NCBI GenBank assembly: GCA_951406725.2
Contig: OX597834.1
Span: forward strand, 43,524,001-43,588,000
DNA: 64,000 nucleotides
From: Octopus vulgaris
Taxonomy: Eukaryota
Reading direction: 5' to 3'
Position 1 is the first letter of the stretch; each line of letters starts with the position of its first letter. Of this stretch, positions 40,931 to 54,741 are shown one piece after another. The notes under the pieces are model-generated. The model was not told the origin of the DNA, made no database searches, and saw only the letters and a list, made by a program, of their open reading frames with translations. Made by a program: the position numbers and the translations under genes.

Positions 40931-41381
40931 TTATATAATTAGAGTCTGCGGAATGCAGTCAGAGAATATTTGCAGTGTAAATTTATTGAGCAAGGTGGTA
41001 TATATTTATGTGTTATATTTATAATATAGTATATTATAATTTTTCCTCGTTAATAATCACGTATTGTTGAATTCGTAAATATTAATGGGGAACAATTTTA
41101 CGTATCAACAGTATCTCCGAACGTCGGACAGAATTAATTGCAGAAGTTCTTCCAAGTATTTAGTTTCCGATGTCAAATTTACTGTTCATCAGACAAGTAA
41201 CGATAAAACGCCCCGGAAAACACTAAAGTGGATGTAATTAAGTATCATCCACCTCCACAAAATCTTTGGTGCAGGTAAGAAAACGCTATTTAAGGAACGT
41301 TTCCAGAATTATTGTTATTACGCATATATATTTATAGATATTGGTGTTCGTATGTGTATTATAACGTATGTCTGTAAATAT

Positions 41382-41449
<68 letters not shown>

Positions 41450-41475
41450 GTAAGAGTGAATGAGTCTGTATGTAT

Positions 41476-41521
<46 letters not shown>

Positions 41522-41530
41522 CTATATATA

Positions 41531-42078
41531 CTAGGTGAGTACCCGGTAAAAAATTACAGTTAATAAGATATCTGTTTATGGCCACGAAATATTTTTCGTC
41601 AAATTTAGGTATAATTCACAAATTTAAAATCTATATTAATGAGTAGGAACAATTTGACGAAAATATGAGCAGTGTCTGATAGCGAACCCGTGTCGTTGTC
41701 ACTTTTGTGCATGTGCGTAAAATGGTGAAATTTTACGCTTTGGGGCAGACTTTGTCAAATTGATGCCACGACGACTAGTGCTCAAAATGTCGAAGTTTTT
41801 CTTAAGAAATAAAATGGTCTTACCAAATCAAAACCTGAAACGCTGGGGAATTAAAACAAGGAATTGAAATAATAAGCTTTATCAAATCAAAACAATTCGC
41901 ATTGAAAAGAAGAATTAGCAAATGCTAAATAGATTATCGTTAATAAGCTGTCTGTTAATATCCACGATACATTCTCCGTCAAATATCGGCATGTTTTGAA
42001 AAATCGATGCTGATTAAAAATTCCAAGAGCGTAAGTGACCGCGCGGTCATAAACCCCAAACATATATATATATATTGA
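41531..42078 (-). mobile_element. Non-autonomous Helitron (about 550 bp)
   Basis: Minus strand begins A|TC followed by a (TA) run and ends CTAG|T; imperfect 16-nt hairpin (41544-41559) about 10 nt before CTAG; no TSD. Confidence 0.65.
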
Positions 42079-42111
42079 TGAACAGTAAATATATATATAT
42101 ATTTTTTTTTT

Positions 42112-42525
42112 CTCTTTACTCTTTTACTCTTTTACTTGTTTCAGTCATCTGACTGCGGCCATGCTGGAGCACCGCCTTTAGTCGAGCAAATCGACCCCGG
42201 GACTTATTCTTTGTAAGCCAAGTACTTATTCTATCGGTCTCTTTTGCCGAACTGCTAAGTGACGGGGACGTAAACACACTAGCATCGGTTGTCAAGCAAT
42301 GCTGGGGGGACAAACACAGACACACAAACACATATACACACATATATATATATACATATATACGACAGGCTTCTTTAAGTTTCCGTCTACCAAATCCACT
42401 CACAAGGCATTAGTCGGCCCGGGGCTATAGCAGAAGACCCTTGCCCAAGATGCCACGCAGTGGGACTGAACTCGGAATCATGTGGTTGGTGAGCAAGCTC
42501 TTTACCACACAGCCACTCCTGCGCC
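42112..42525 (-). mobile_element. SINE family A, full length
   Basis: Reverse complement is collinear with 37780-38213. Confidence 0.95.
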
Positions 42526-42572
42526 TATTATATATATATGTGTGTATATATATTTATATACATATATATGCA

Positions 42573-42641
<69 letters not shown>

Positions 42642-43243
42642 GAGCTAATTGGGCAAAAGATGTTAACACCTAGAATGAGAGCAGAAAACTGGGTGCATTT
42701 TAAGGGAACTATTGCGTGATATTTGTTCCTCCCAACTTGTAGAAACACTCCATTTTGATTCAAGCAATAATACACAACACAATGGTTACGTATTGGAAAC
42801 ATGCCATTAATGACAGAAACCTCGCAAAATCAGATATAAATCGGCAACAACAAGAACAAAATTAAAAAGTACGAACAAAATGAAAAAAACTACAGAAGCT
42901 GTGAGAGAAGAGACGAAGAAATTTTGACAGACGATCATAAGTCTAGTCTTCATTACTCATTCCATCTCCATAGTAGCGTATTGTTTTGGACAACTTTGAA
43001 ATAGGCAGGACAAGAATGATACGCTGCCAAACACTGTCATTTGCTTGTCTCGCAGTTGGTTTAAATCAATGGGTGTAAGGTATTTGTACAGAGACGTACA
43101 AAAAATTCATATAACAAAATCGAGCTATTTATTTGTTTCTCGTCGCCCCTATCGCTTTCTAGTTCTTATTTGATTATCTCTATTAGTCAACAGAAGGCGT
43201 TTAATTACTCCTTAGACGATCTGATAGGTTTCTACTAAATGTA

Positions 43244-43326
<83 letters not shown>

Positions 43327-43563
43327 TGTATGTAACACACATATATAAACATATTTATATATACACATATTCACAATATATATATGTGTGTGTGTGTGTG
43401 TGTATGTGTGTGTGTGTGTGGTGTATAATTATGGTTTTACATGAAAATATATTACGACATACGCTCATATAAACATACACACGTATAAAGGAGTGTGTTT
43501 GAATATAGAGCACAAGAGACAAAGGAATCAGTGACAGAGATAGAGAAAGAGTGATAGAGAGTT

Positions 43564-43599
<36 letters not shown>

Positions 43600-44255
43600 C
43601 AGGGGGGGGGAGGGGAGGGAGAGATGTAATCAGTGCCGTAAAGTATATGTCACAGCTTTGGTATAGAATTATCGTAAGTATCAGCAGAAACTGATTGTCA
43701 TCTTTCGTGTAATAAATAGATTTTGTGCTCAGTCTGGAGATGGGAGAGCCAGATTGATAATAAATAAATTGAATTATTAAAATAATTAATTTTATGATAA
43801 CACATCAACGTCTCATTATATATACATACACACATAGATGTCTCAGTCTCTGTATACGTGTCTGTGTGTGTGTGTGTGTGCATATAAATTATATATATGT
43901 GTGTATATGTATATATATATATATATATATACGTATGTACATTAATTGCTATCGATTTGAAAACGCTAAATAAAATACATTCGCGGACGTGCGAATACTA
44001 TTGTCATGCACGCGTGTGGTTGTGTGTGTGTGTGTGAGGGAGCTTATGTCTCTGTGATATTTTACACAGTTATACACATACAGTCCAATTCATACACACA
44101 CACACATAAATACATATATATATATATATATACATAATACATACACACGCGAAGGGAGAAAGACGGAGTGAGGCGCTAATGCAGGTGGAGGTGTTTTAAT
44201 TGCCGCCCGCTGGTGCATCTTACGCCACAATTGTGACATATATGTGTGTGCGTGT

Positions 44256-44648
<393 letters not shown>

Positions 44649-45125
44649 CATGTGTATAAATATAGCAGCGGTTGTATACGGTTGCCAACGATAGTTGAGC
44701 CGATCGATAGATACGCATTATCATAATGCATACCTGACACATAACATATGATGGTGTAGAAATGTTTTATTTTTCAGACGATGGGAAGCAAGAGTGGGAT
44801 GTGTGAAGAGGAGAGAGTAAGTGTTTGAAGTTAATTGCACCTAACATTGAAACTCATTATACTTTCTAGAGAACATTTACTTTGCCGTAAAGTAAACTAA
44901 ACAATGGTACGGACAGCGATGGCCTCTCGCACCAAATGAAGCCAAAGATCTGGGCACTTTTTAACATTTTTTTCCTCCTTTATATTGTATATTCTTTTGT
45001 TTTACTTTATTATTTATTCATCTATTTTCTTTTTTTTTTTGCACGCAATCCAGCGTTGGTAAGCGAATAATTTTTACTTAGAGATCCAGGTTCATTAAGG
45101 TTTGTAAATAGGAAGATACACATAT

Positions 45126-45200
<75 letters not shown>

Positions 45201-45351
45201 CGTACGTACAGTACCTATGTATGTATATATATATATGTGTTTGTGTGTTTGTATACAAATGTATTTATGTATGCATGAATACATATATATATAAATATAC
45301 ATATATATATATATATATGTATTATGTATGTACGTAGGTACGGTACCTATG

Positions 45352-45396
<45 letters not shown>

Positions 45397-45427
45397 ATGT
45401 ATATACAAATGTATTTATCTATGCATG

Positions 45428-45479
<52 letters not shown>

Positions 45480-45587
45480 GGTATATATATATACCTAAAT
45501 ATTTATATATACACACACATGAATACATATATGTGTGTATGTACGTTTGCTTCTGTGTGTGTGTTTATGTCTATTGCGTGTGTATGT

Positions 45588-45649
<62 letters not shown>

Positions 45650-45777
45650 CTGTGTGTGCGCGTGTGTGTGTGTGTAAACTAAAAATCATCAGCGAGATAT
45701 TTGCAAGCAAACATCAGAGTCACATCGCTCGCTTTCAGATTTCAGATCTGCAGAGCCGAGCCGAGTTAAGCCGGCCT

Positions 45778-45849
45778 CATCAATCATTTTAGATTGATTG
45801 CTTCAATTTTGTGTCCTGTCACAAGACTTTCCAATCATGATTGATTGAT
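45778..45849. promoter_or_regulatory. Candidate enhancer: clustered TGATTGAT (Pbx/Hox-type) and TGACAG (Meis/Prep) motifs
   Basis: catcaatca 45778-45786, agattgattg 45791-45800, ctgtca 45816-45821, tgattgattgat 45838-45849; motif evidence only. Confidence 0.35.
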
Positions 45850-46225
45850 CTCTGAGCTCATTCTATCATGTTTTTCCTTTCTGCGTTTCTTTATTCTTAC
45901 TTCTCTGCAATGATTATTGCTATATATTTTTTTTTTCTTTTCTTTTTATTTATCTTATTTTTCTTTTTATTGTTTTTCGTTTTATTAGTGGTGCGCTATT
46001 TTCTCGCAAATCTGTAGCCGAAACAGCTGAGAGTAATAATAGTTGAGTGCACAACATAACGTAGAGAGAAAATAATGTGTGTAAACAAGTGACACCGTTG
46101 TGTGGTGAGACGGATTTGTAAAGGCTTTTATGTGTTTTTGTGTAATTCATCTCACAACTCATATCTGTCCGTCTCTCTCTCTCTCTTACTCTGTCTTCCT
46201 GTGTCTGTGCGCGCTTTGCTATATA

Positions 46226-46290
<65 letters not shown>

Positions 46291-46302
46291 ATATAAATAT
46301 GT

Positions 46303-46627
46303 CTTCTTATGTTTTTATCTTCTTAGTAGTTTAAACTGCGGCCATTCTGGGGCACAACCTTGAAGAAATTTTAGTCGAATTATTCAACACCAGTACAGAT
46401 ATTTTTTTTTTTTTTGCTAAGCTAAATACTAAATTCTAAATGTTTCTTCCGAATCGCCAAGTCAAAGGTGACAAACACACATAAAGATATACATATACAT
46501 ACATACCTACACACACATACATACATGTGTACATACACACACATGTATATATATGACAGGGTTTTTGGTTTCCCTCTACGAAATCCACTCTCAGGCCCTT
46601 GATCAACCCGAGGCTATAGTATAAGAG
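46303..46627 (-). mobile_element. SINE family A (diverged, 5'-truncated)
   Basis: actgcggccattctggggcac tail and aaatccactctcaggcccttgatcaacccgaggctatagta body. Confidence 0.8.
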
Positions 46628-46823
46628 ATGAGTCGCATGCCGGCAGTTCATCATCAACCGCCGGCGATGTCCCATTCCTTTTTCTTTCTCCTTTTTCTCT
46701 TCTCCTTTACGACGGGAGGCTGGAGTTCCTCCTTCATGTCCAGAAGTCCTTCATTCCCTCCCGCCGCCTCAGAATCCTCAGGGCCTGAGAGTGGATTTCG
46801 TAGAGGGAAACCGAAAAAACCTG

Positions 46824-46881
<58 letters not shown>

Positions 46882-46961
46882 GTGTGTGTATGTGTACGTA
46901 TGTATTTGTGTAGGTATGTATGTATATGTATATCTTTACGTGTGTTTGTCACACCTGACTT
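46459..46961. repeat. Inverted duplication: arms 46459-46599 and 46780-46961 with a 180-bp spacer
   Basis: Arms are reverse complements and share private variants (ttcgtagagggaaacc; gtaggtatgtatgtatatgtatatcttta) absent from other family A copies. Confidence 0.9.
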
Positions 46962-47001
46962 ATCTTTTTTTCCATTCTTTTTCGGGTTTTTTTTCTACAT
47001 A

Positions 47002-47414
47002 GGTGCAGGAGTGGCTGTGCTGTGTGGTAAGTAGCTTGGTTACCAGCCACATGGTTCCGGGTTCAGTCCCACTGCGTGGTACCTTGGGCAAGTGTCTTCC
47101 ACTATAGTCTCGGGCCGACCAAAGCCTTGTGAGTGGATTTGGTAGACGGAAACTGAAAGAAGCCCGTCATATATATATTTATATATATATATATATATAT
47201 ACATATGTGTCCGTGTCTGTCTTTGTTCCCCCACCATCGCTTGACAACCGATTTTGATGTGTTTACGCGCCCATAACTTAGCCCTTCGGCAAAAGAGACC
47301 GATAGGATAAGTACTAGGCTTGCAAAGAATAAGTCCTGGAGTCGATTTATTCGACTAAAGGCACTGCTCTAGCATGGCCGCAGTCAAGTGACTGAAACAA
47401 GTAAAAGAGTAAAA
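47002..47414 (+). mobile_element. SINE family A, full length
   Basis: Collinear with 37780-38213. Confidence 0.95.
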
Positions 47415-47669
47415 AATGAAGAGAGAGAGAGACACAAATGCAAAATCCTTTTTTTCTTTTGTAGATGTTGTGTAAATTCTGTAATTTGAAATAAGAGTCG
47501 ACTAAAAAGAGTCGCCATTTTAAGTAATACCTCTATTTATTATTTTGCTTTCTCACTGAAGATATTTTTTCAGATTAAGTTGCACATTACCTAAACCGTA
47601 CGTGTGTGTGTGTGTTGACCTTGTCTGGGGTTCATTTCGCTCTCAATTTCTCTCTTATGAGTTGACTGA

Positions 47670-48190
47670 TTGGGTTGTTATATGTTACTAGGTGGAACAG
47701 GGTCTGTGAGCTCTTCTGCATGCTGGGATGATTACCGGATGATGTCCTTGGGCATTTCCATAGGTCTTTCCCTCTTCAGTTTCATCTGTTTTCCTCCACA
47801 TTTTATCACGGATTTATATATGTTCAGCTCTTTAACTTTCTTGGAAACATTCTCCCAATGGCACTTAATTCTTTCAACACATCTTTATGGGTCTAACATG
47901 GCTGAACCGATATGCATGAGTATTCCATGGTCGTGGCCGTTGCGCCCGTTCGTGTCTTACATTCTCCTCACTCCTGGAGAGACTATGAATGTTAGTTATT
48001 TTTCTGTTTCATAGCTTCTACAGGAACCTTATCTGCCATCTGTGACCGAGCTGACCAGTCTCACTTACTCGTGCCAGTCATTCTCGGAGGTCATCTGCCT
48101 TTCCAGAATCACCATTTTTTCCTTAGTTACCATCCAAACTTTCCTGTAATTCACTGGTATCTCTGTATATTTTCTCTTTGAATTATCAAA
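47670..48190 (-). mobile_element. Possible second R4/Dong-type remnant (very decayed)
   Basis: CRSYETEK*LTFIVS...RHERA...ENVSKKVKELNIYK...GNHPSMQ follow the R4 C-terminal order CRxC..ETxxHIVS...RHD...NVSxKExEKxxKYK...IPGxPS. Confidence 0.4.
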
Positions 48191-48221
48191 AATAGATGTT
48201 AGGGTATTGAGTCATTTACTT

Positions 48222-48410
48222 ACTTACTTGTTTACTTGTGACGACGTTCACACAGGGCGGGTTGATCCGGTTTCTTCTCTGGTCCTGACGGCATCACGAA
48301 CCATTGCGGCCCACGCTCGACGGCTCTGTGCGAGGTCACTGGAGATAACGAGTCATTCGCGGTTCCATCTCCGCAGACCGACCACCTGCGGATCTGAGAG
48401 TTCGGAGAGT
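48222..48410 (-). mobile_element. RTE-clade LINE 3' end
   Basis: LSDPQVVGLRRWNRE*LVISSDLAQSRRAWAAMVRDAV...GSTRPV* then a caagtaaacaagtaagtaagtaa short-repeat tail; LAQxRxxW and (TAAG)n tails are RTE hallmarks. Confidence 0.8.
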
Positions 48411-48760
48411 AGGTAGTAGTTCGTATTCGTATTTATTGCCATGGTAGTAGTAGGATTCATAGAAGACTTTTCGTGGAATATTGAATTCAGAAGCAGTCCC
48501 CGACATCCCGCATGCATATCCCGAGTGACGGGACGCCCTATTTGCCGCGGAGTCTCCACATACGCAGGAACAGAACGATCTCGAAGCCGCCGGTTACCGA
48601 TCAGACGCCAGTTGGCCAGGCTGCGGCCCTAATACCACTCGGTGCCAGACAAATCAGCCTTGGGTGGCCCTATCAGGAACAGATGTTCCCGACGGCATAG
48701 TTCTGACACTGCCCATTTACACCACCCTACCGCTTTGAGGTTCTCATTTATGAGTCGTTT
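48411..48760 (-). mobile_element. Putative 5' UTR and ORF start of the same RTE derivative
   Basis: GC- and CpG-rich, contiguous with the RTE 3' end; ATG at 48440-48442 (MAINTNT) is in frame with the ORF C-terminus. Confidence 0.4.
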
Positions 48761-48820
48761 ATCTAAGACTAACTGTAAATTTCGTCGAAAGAAAGTATTC
48801 GAGAGGTGGTATCTCACTAA

Positions 48821-49051
48821 GGCGGCGAGCTGGCAGAAACGTTAGCATTCCGGGCGAAATGCTTAGCGGTATTTCGTCTGCCGTTACGTCCTAAGTTCGA
48901 ATTCCGCCGAGGTCGACTTTGCCTCTCATCCTTTCGAGGTCGATAAATTAAGTATCAGTTACGCACTGGGTTCGATGTAATCGACTTAATAACTATGTCT
49001 GTCCTCGTTTGTCCCCTCTATGCTTAGCCCCTTGTGGGTAATAAAGAAATA
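48821..49051 (+). mobile_element. SINE family B, full length (tail B1) with TSD
   Basis: ggcggcgagctggcagaaacgttagc head, B-box agttcgaattcc; ggtatctca duplicated at 48808-48816 and 49052-49060. Confidence 0.95.
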
Positions 49052-49710
49052 GGTATCTCATTTTCCTAGGCTTTTTCCACTCTAAAACACAATGACCTTC
49101 AGTCAGTGGGTCAGAAGAGATGGCTAATCACAAGCAAGCCATTTTCCGCCTTTTATCTCAAAGCTTCCCTTCTGTCCCAGTGTCAGCTAGATGCTCTTTT
49201 CGATGCGTCGAGTGTTTTGACTCTGCATACAATGCCCTCCAATTGGTAAGTCACTCACCAGGTTCCGCCTACAACTCAACTTACACCGCATGTTGGGGTT
49301 CTTGCCTCATTTTCGTTCCGCTTCCTTGCCCAAAGCAGCGTTTTACGTCTCCCTTCCAACAGTCCTAAGAGGTGTCAACGTTATTCCATATTTCGCTGTG
49401 AGGCTCCTTCAAGCAAATTCAACCGGAAATAGATAAACATGCCAAACGGTTTACCTAAATTGTTAAACCAGATCCTGGTACTTGGTGCCTTACCGTTCTG
49501 AAACCTCCTTAACTCCATTTTCACAAGGTAGCTTGTCAGTTCAGTCACAATTATATTTTTGGCAAACTAGATGAGCGTACATATATCCACACACAAACAT
49601 ATGTATATAAATACATATATGTGTGCATGTGAGTGTGTATATGTATATACATATGCATATAAAGATACAGATGTATGTTTGTAGCTTTAAGTGCGATTAT
49701 GTATACGTAA

Positions 49711-49772
<62 letters not shown>

Positions 49773-49798
49773 ATATATACATACATATATATATATAC

Positions 49799-49852
<54 letters not shown>

Positions 49853-51619
49853 GTATATATATATAAATATACAGGCCCATATATCGATATACATGCATTC
49901 ATAGATATAGATGCGTACATACATATATGTGTGTATATGTGTCTGTACACGTATGATTGCATACAGACATACACACACATATAAACGTACCTATATCACT
50001 GTGTGCATGCGGGTGCGCGTGCTTGCTTGTGTGTGTGAGTTGGTGTGTGGAAATATCTAGCCACCATTAGTGAAAAGATTTATATACAAAGAATTGTGTA
50101 TTCACCAGAGGCACAATGTCGTTTATTATTACATCATCATCGTCGCCATCATTTTTTCAGCTTTCATTTCGTTTTTGTTCTCGTATTTTGTGATTTCACA
50201 TTCCATTTGTCTCCCACACGATATGTAGCTCAATCTCTCTTCTATATTTTAACAGTTTATATTTAACGTGGTAAGTGGCCAAGCCAGTAAGTTGAGTAAG
50301 CGACAGCACACAACTGGATAGACGTTTTAACTGAAACAGTTCGGTGCAAGTGGAGTTAGTGAATGTAATATCTATGCTAGCTCATGGTTGTTTGTTTGTT
50401 TATAAGTAGGCTTCCCAGTGTGTATGTCTGTATATATGGATGGATGGAGGGAAGGAGGGAGGGAGGGATGAATGCATGGAAGTTTAACTGCTTGTATATA
50501 TAATTGGGCATCTCATGTGTGCGTATATACATGTATATATATATATGTATGTATGCATGCATATATTGGCATATAATTATATAAATGGATAGATTGACAA
50601 ATGGATAGAGGAATTGATAGATAGATAGACAGAGAGAGAGAGAGAGAGAGAGAGACTGATAGATAGATAGATAGATAGATAGATACATACATACATACAT
50701 ACATACATAGATACATAGATAGATACATAGATAGATGGATACATACATATACACATGCATACATACATTTGTAAAAGAGTAAATGCGTCTGTGGTTATAA
50801 TGAAGAGGATTGGTGCTGAACCAAATAGTTAAGGAGGTCTCTTCATTGCCATTTCATCCCGGCTTCAAATTGAACCTAGACTGTGCCATCATCAGCAAAA
50901 ATTGTGTCTTCTGTAGACATAATCTCTGTGATCGAAAATTGGGAAGAGGGAAAAAAGTAAAAGTAGGTCAGATGAGGAACATCTCGGTTTATCGCATGTT
51001 TTACGTTGAATACACCCGAATATATGCGTAGGGGTAGACGTATTTGTGAATTCGGAACACCCTTGCAATCTGGGAAAATGAACGGTTGCATCTGTAATTC
51101 ACCGGTTCGGCAGTTGCATAGTTATCAGCGAAACCAATGCCAATCCATTTACAATTACCATTTTTTGATACGGGTCTGTGTTTCGATGTGGGTAGCTGCA
51201 GGTGTCAGATTTGTGTGGGTGGACGAGACAGAAAGGAAGAGTGAAACGGAGAGAGAGAGAGAAAAGAGTGGAAGAGGCAGAGAGAGAGAGAGCAACACCG
51301 GGAGTATTTGCATTCATGCATTTATAAGTATTTGTCAGTGTATATAACTTTATATATACGTCTATGTGAGTGCTGGATTGGATACGAATGTGTGGCATGT
51401 GTGTATAACAGGTTGTATATGTGCGTTGTGTGTGTAAATTTAGATGCGTGTGCATGTTTCTGATTAAAATGTATTGTTTTCAGTGTGTTTCTTATGTTTG
51501 TGTGAATCTTGATGTATATAAATGTGTGCTCTTCAGCATACGAAATTGTATATATGTATATATATATATAATACACGCACACACATAAGCACACACACAT
51601 GCACACAAACTCATACACA

Positions 51620-53210
<1,591 letters not shown>

Positions 53211-53810
53211 TACTCACGCACTTACCTACATACACACACGCATATAAATATACACATTTAGTAGATACACACACATACAAGTTCGCACGCACACATATAT
53301 AAAGCGAAAGAACGGAAGACAGAGAGAGCGAGAGCAATGAATACAATAAAGAGAGTAAATGAGAGATCGATACACAGAAAATGAGTGAAAAAGAATAATA
53401 TTGGCGCTCTTGAAGGAGGTAAATGTTTGCATGTGGCCCTCATCATTAATTCCTAATCGTAGAGAAAGTATTCTTCTGGCTGAAATGGTTTAGGTTCCGC
53501 AAAACTCTAGGACACCAGATTTATAGTTTATATACGAAATTACCAGTGTTTGTTCTTACCTCGTTTGCCTAAAATATTGGAACGAAAAACGGACTTCTGT
53601 CCCCAAGCAACTGGTGATCTACATACCCTTATTTTTTCACCATGTTTTTTTCTGAATTATACACTTAGTTAGATTGCGGAGCCTCCTGACGTTGGGTTGT
53701 GAAATGAATATACGTCGTGTTCTAAAAGTCACTCTACACTTTCTTTTTCCTATTTCGTTTCAGGTGTTATTCGGAGAGACGTGAGGCTATCAACATTTGA
53801 TACCTTAGAC

Positions 53811-54029
53811 CAGTGGTTTTCAACCAGGGTTCCGCGGAACTTTAGGGTTCCGCCAGTACAGTCCAGGGGTTCCGCAAGAAGTTACAAAACTGCTAAAATC
53901 GACAGTAATTTTTAATTCTCCTGTGCAGATATGTGTGCATAAGACTATTAAATTATTGCACAGGGGTTCCTCGAGCCAGTGGAATGTTTCCTTGGGGTTC
54001 CGCTTCAGCAAGAAGTTTGAAAAGCACTG
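53811..54029. mobile_element. hAT (Charlie-type) MITE, 219 bp
   Basis: TIRs cagtggttttcaa / ttgaaaagcactg; 8-bp TSD ccttagac (53803-53810) / ctttagac (54030-54037); subterminal gggttcc repeats. Confidence 0.9.
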
Positions 54030-54061
54030 CTTTAGACATTGCAGTTTTGGGAAGAGTTCAT

Positions 54062-54620
54062 TCCCTTACCCATGGCACACCATACCATCAGCTTCGGAGA
54101 GAGATTCGTTCGTGTTCGAGAAATTCTGCTGGTTTTGACTTTCCCCAAATTCGACAATTGTGTCGTTTTACCCAACCAGAGAGACGAAAGATGGACTCAT
54201 CGTTGAACTATAAGTTTTCCAAGAGCTGAGAGTCGTTTTGGTAATGTTGGAGGAGTGATTCATACATGAGCATCATAACCTTCCTCTTGAAGCCTTTGGA
54301 TAACCTGAAGTCGATAGCATCTTGGTGAATCGAGGTTTTTTTCAAGCTAAATCCCACTGCAGTCCTCCTTTACGCGAACGCCCGCTTCAGGAGTTCGGTG
54401 TTTCATCAGTGATGGTTGTAGCAGGCCTTCAGCTGCGTGGCTTGTCAAGAGCATATCCTGTTTGGAGAAACTTGCTATGGATAGCATAAATTGTGCTACG
54501 CATTGGAGCTGTATGACGGCCATAAACATTCTCAAACTGAACTACGGTAAGGGACTGAAAAACGTCTTGCCAGACGGCACTTTTGCTACGTTGCTTGCTC
54601 TAACGTCAGTTGGCAATCCA
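54062..54620 (-). pseudogene. Decayed DUF4817-HTH type Tc1/mariner transposase (N-terminal half up to the first catalytic Asp)
   Basis: KFxxTGxxxDxxRSGRP and FSDExxFxLxGxVNxHNCRxW motifs with stops and frameshifts; the later catalytic residues are deleted. Confidence 0.8.
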
Positions 54621-54741
54621 AGGGCAAACTGCGAAGTCTAAGGTCTGAAATGCTGATGGTCTTGCGTCTCTCAGAAAGATACCTGAAACAAAATAGAAAA
54701 AAGTGAAAGTGTACAGTGACTTTTGGGACACCCTGTATATA

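Larger units (their letters stand above)
53713..54735 (-). mobile_element. Tc1/mariner-superfamily transposon, internally deleted, long TIRs, TA TSD
   Basis: Right TIR reverse complement TA|cagggtgtcccaaaaagtcactgtacactttc... matches left TA|cgtcgtgttctaaaagtcactctacactttc... over about 100 bp; minus strand reads APMRSTIYAIHSKFLQTG..DKPRS*RP and FNDESIFRLSGWVKRHNCRIWG...PKLMVWCA. Confidence 0.9.

Noticed and set aside
41177-42090. 15-bp perfect inverted repeat atttactgttcatca / tgatgaacagtaaat as MITE TIRs
   Set aside because: No internal extension or clear TSD, and it overlaps the better-supported Helitron end; plausibly chance in AT-rich DNA
44905-44920. RE1/NRSE-like acggacagcg
   Set aside because: Only the right half-site matches
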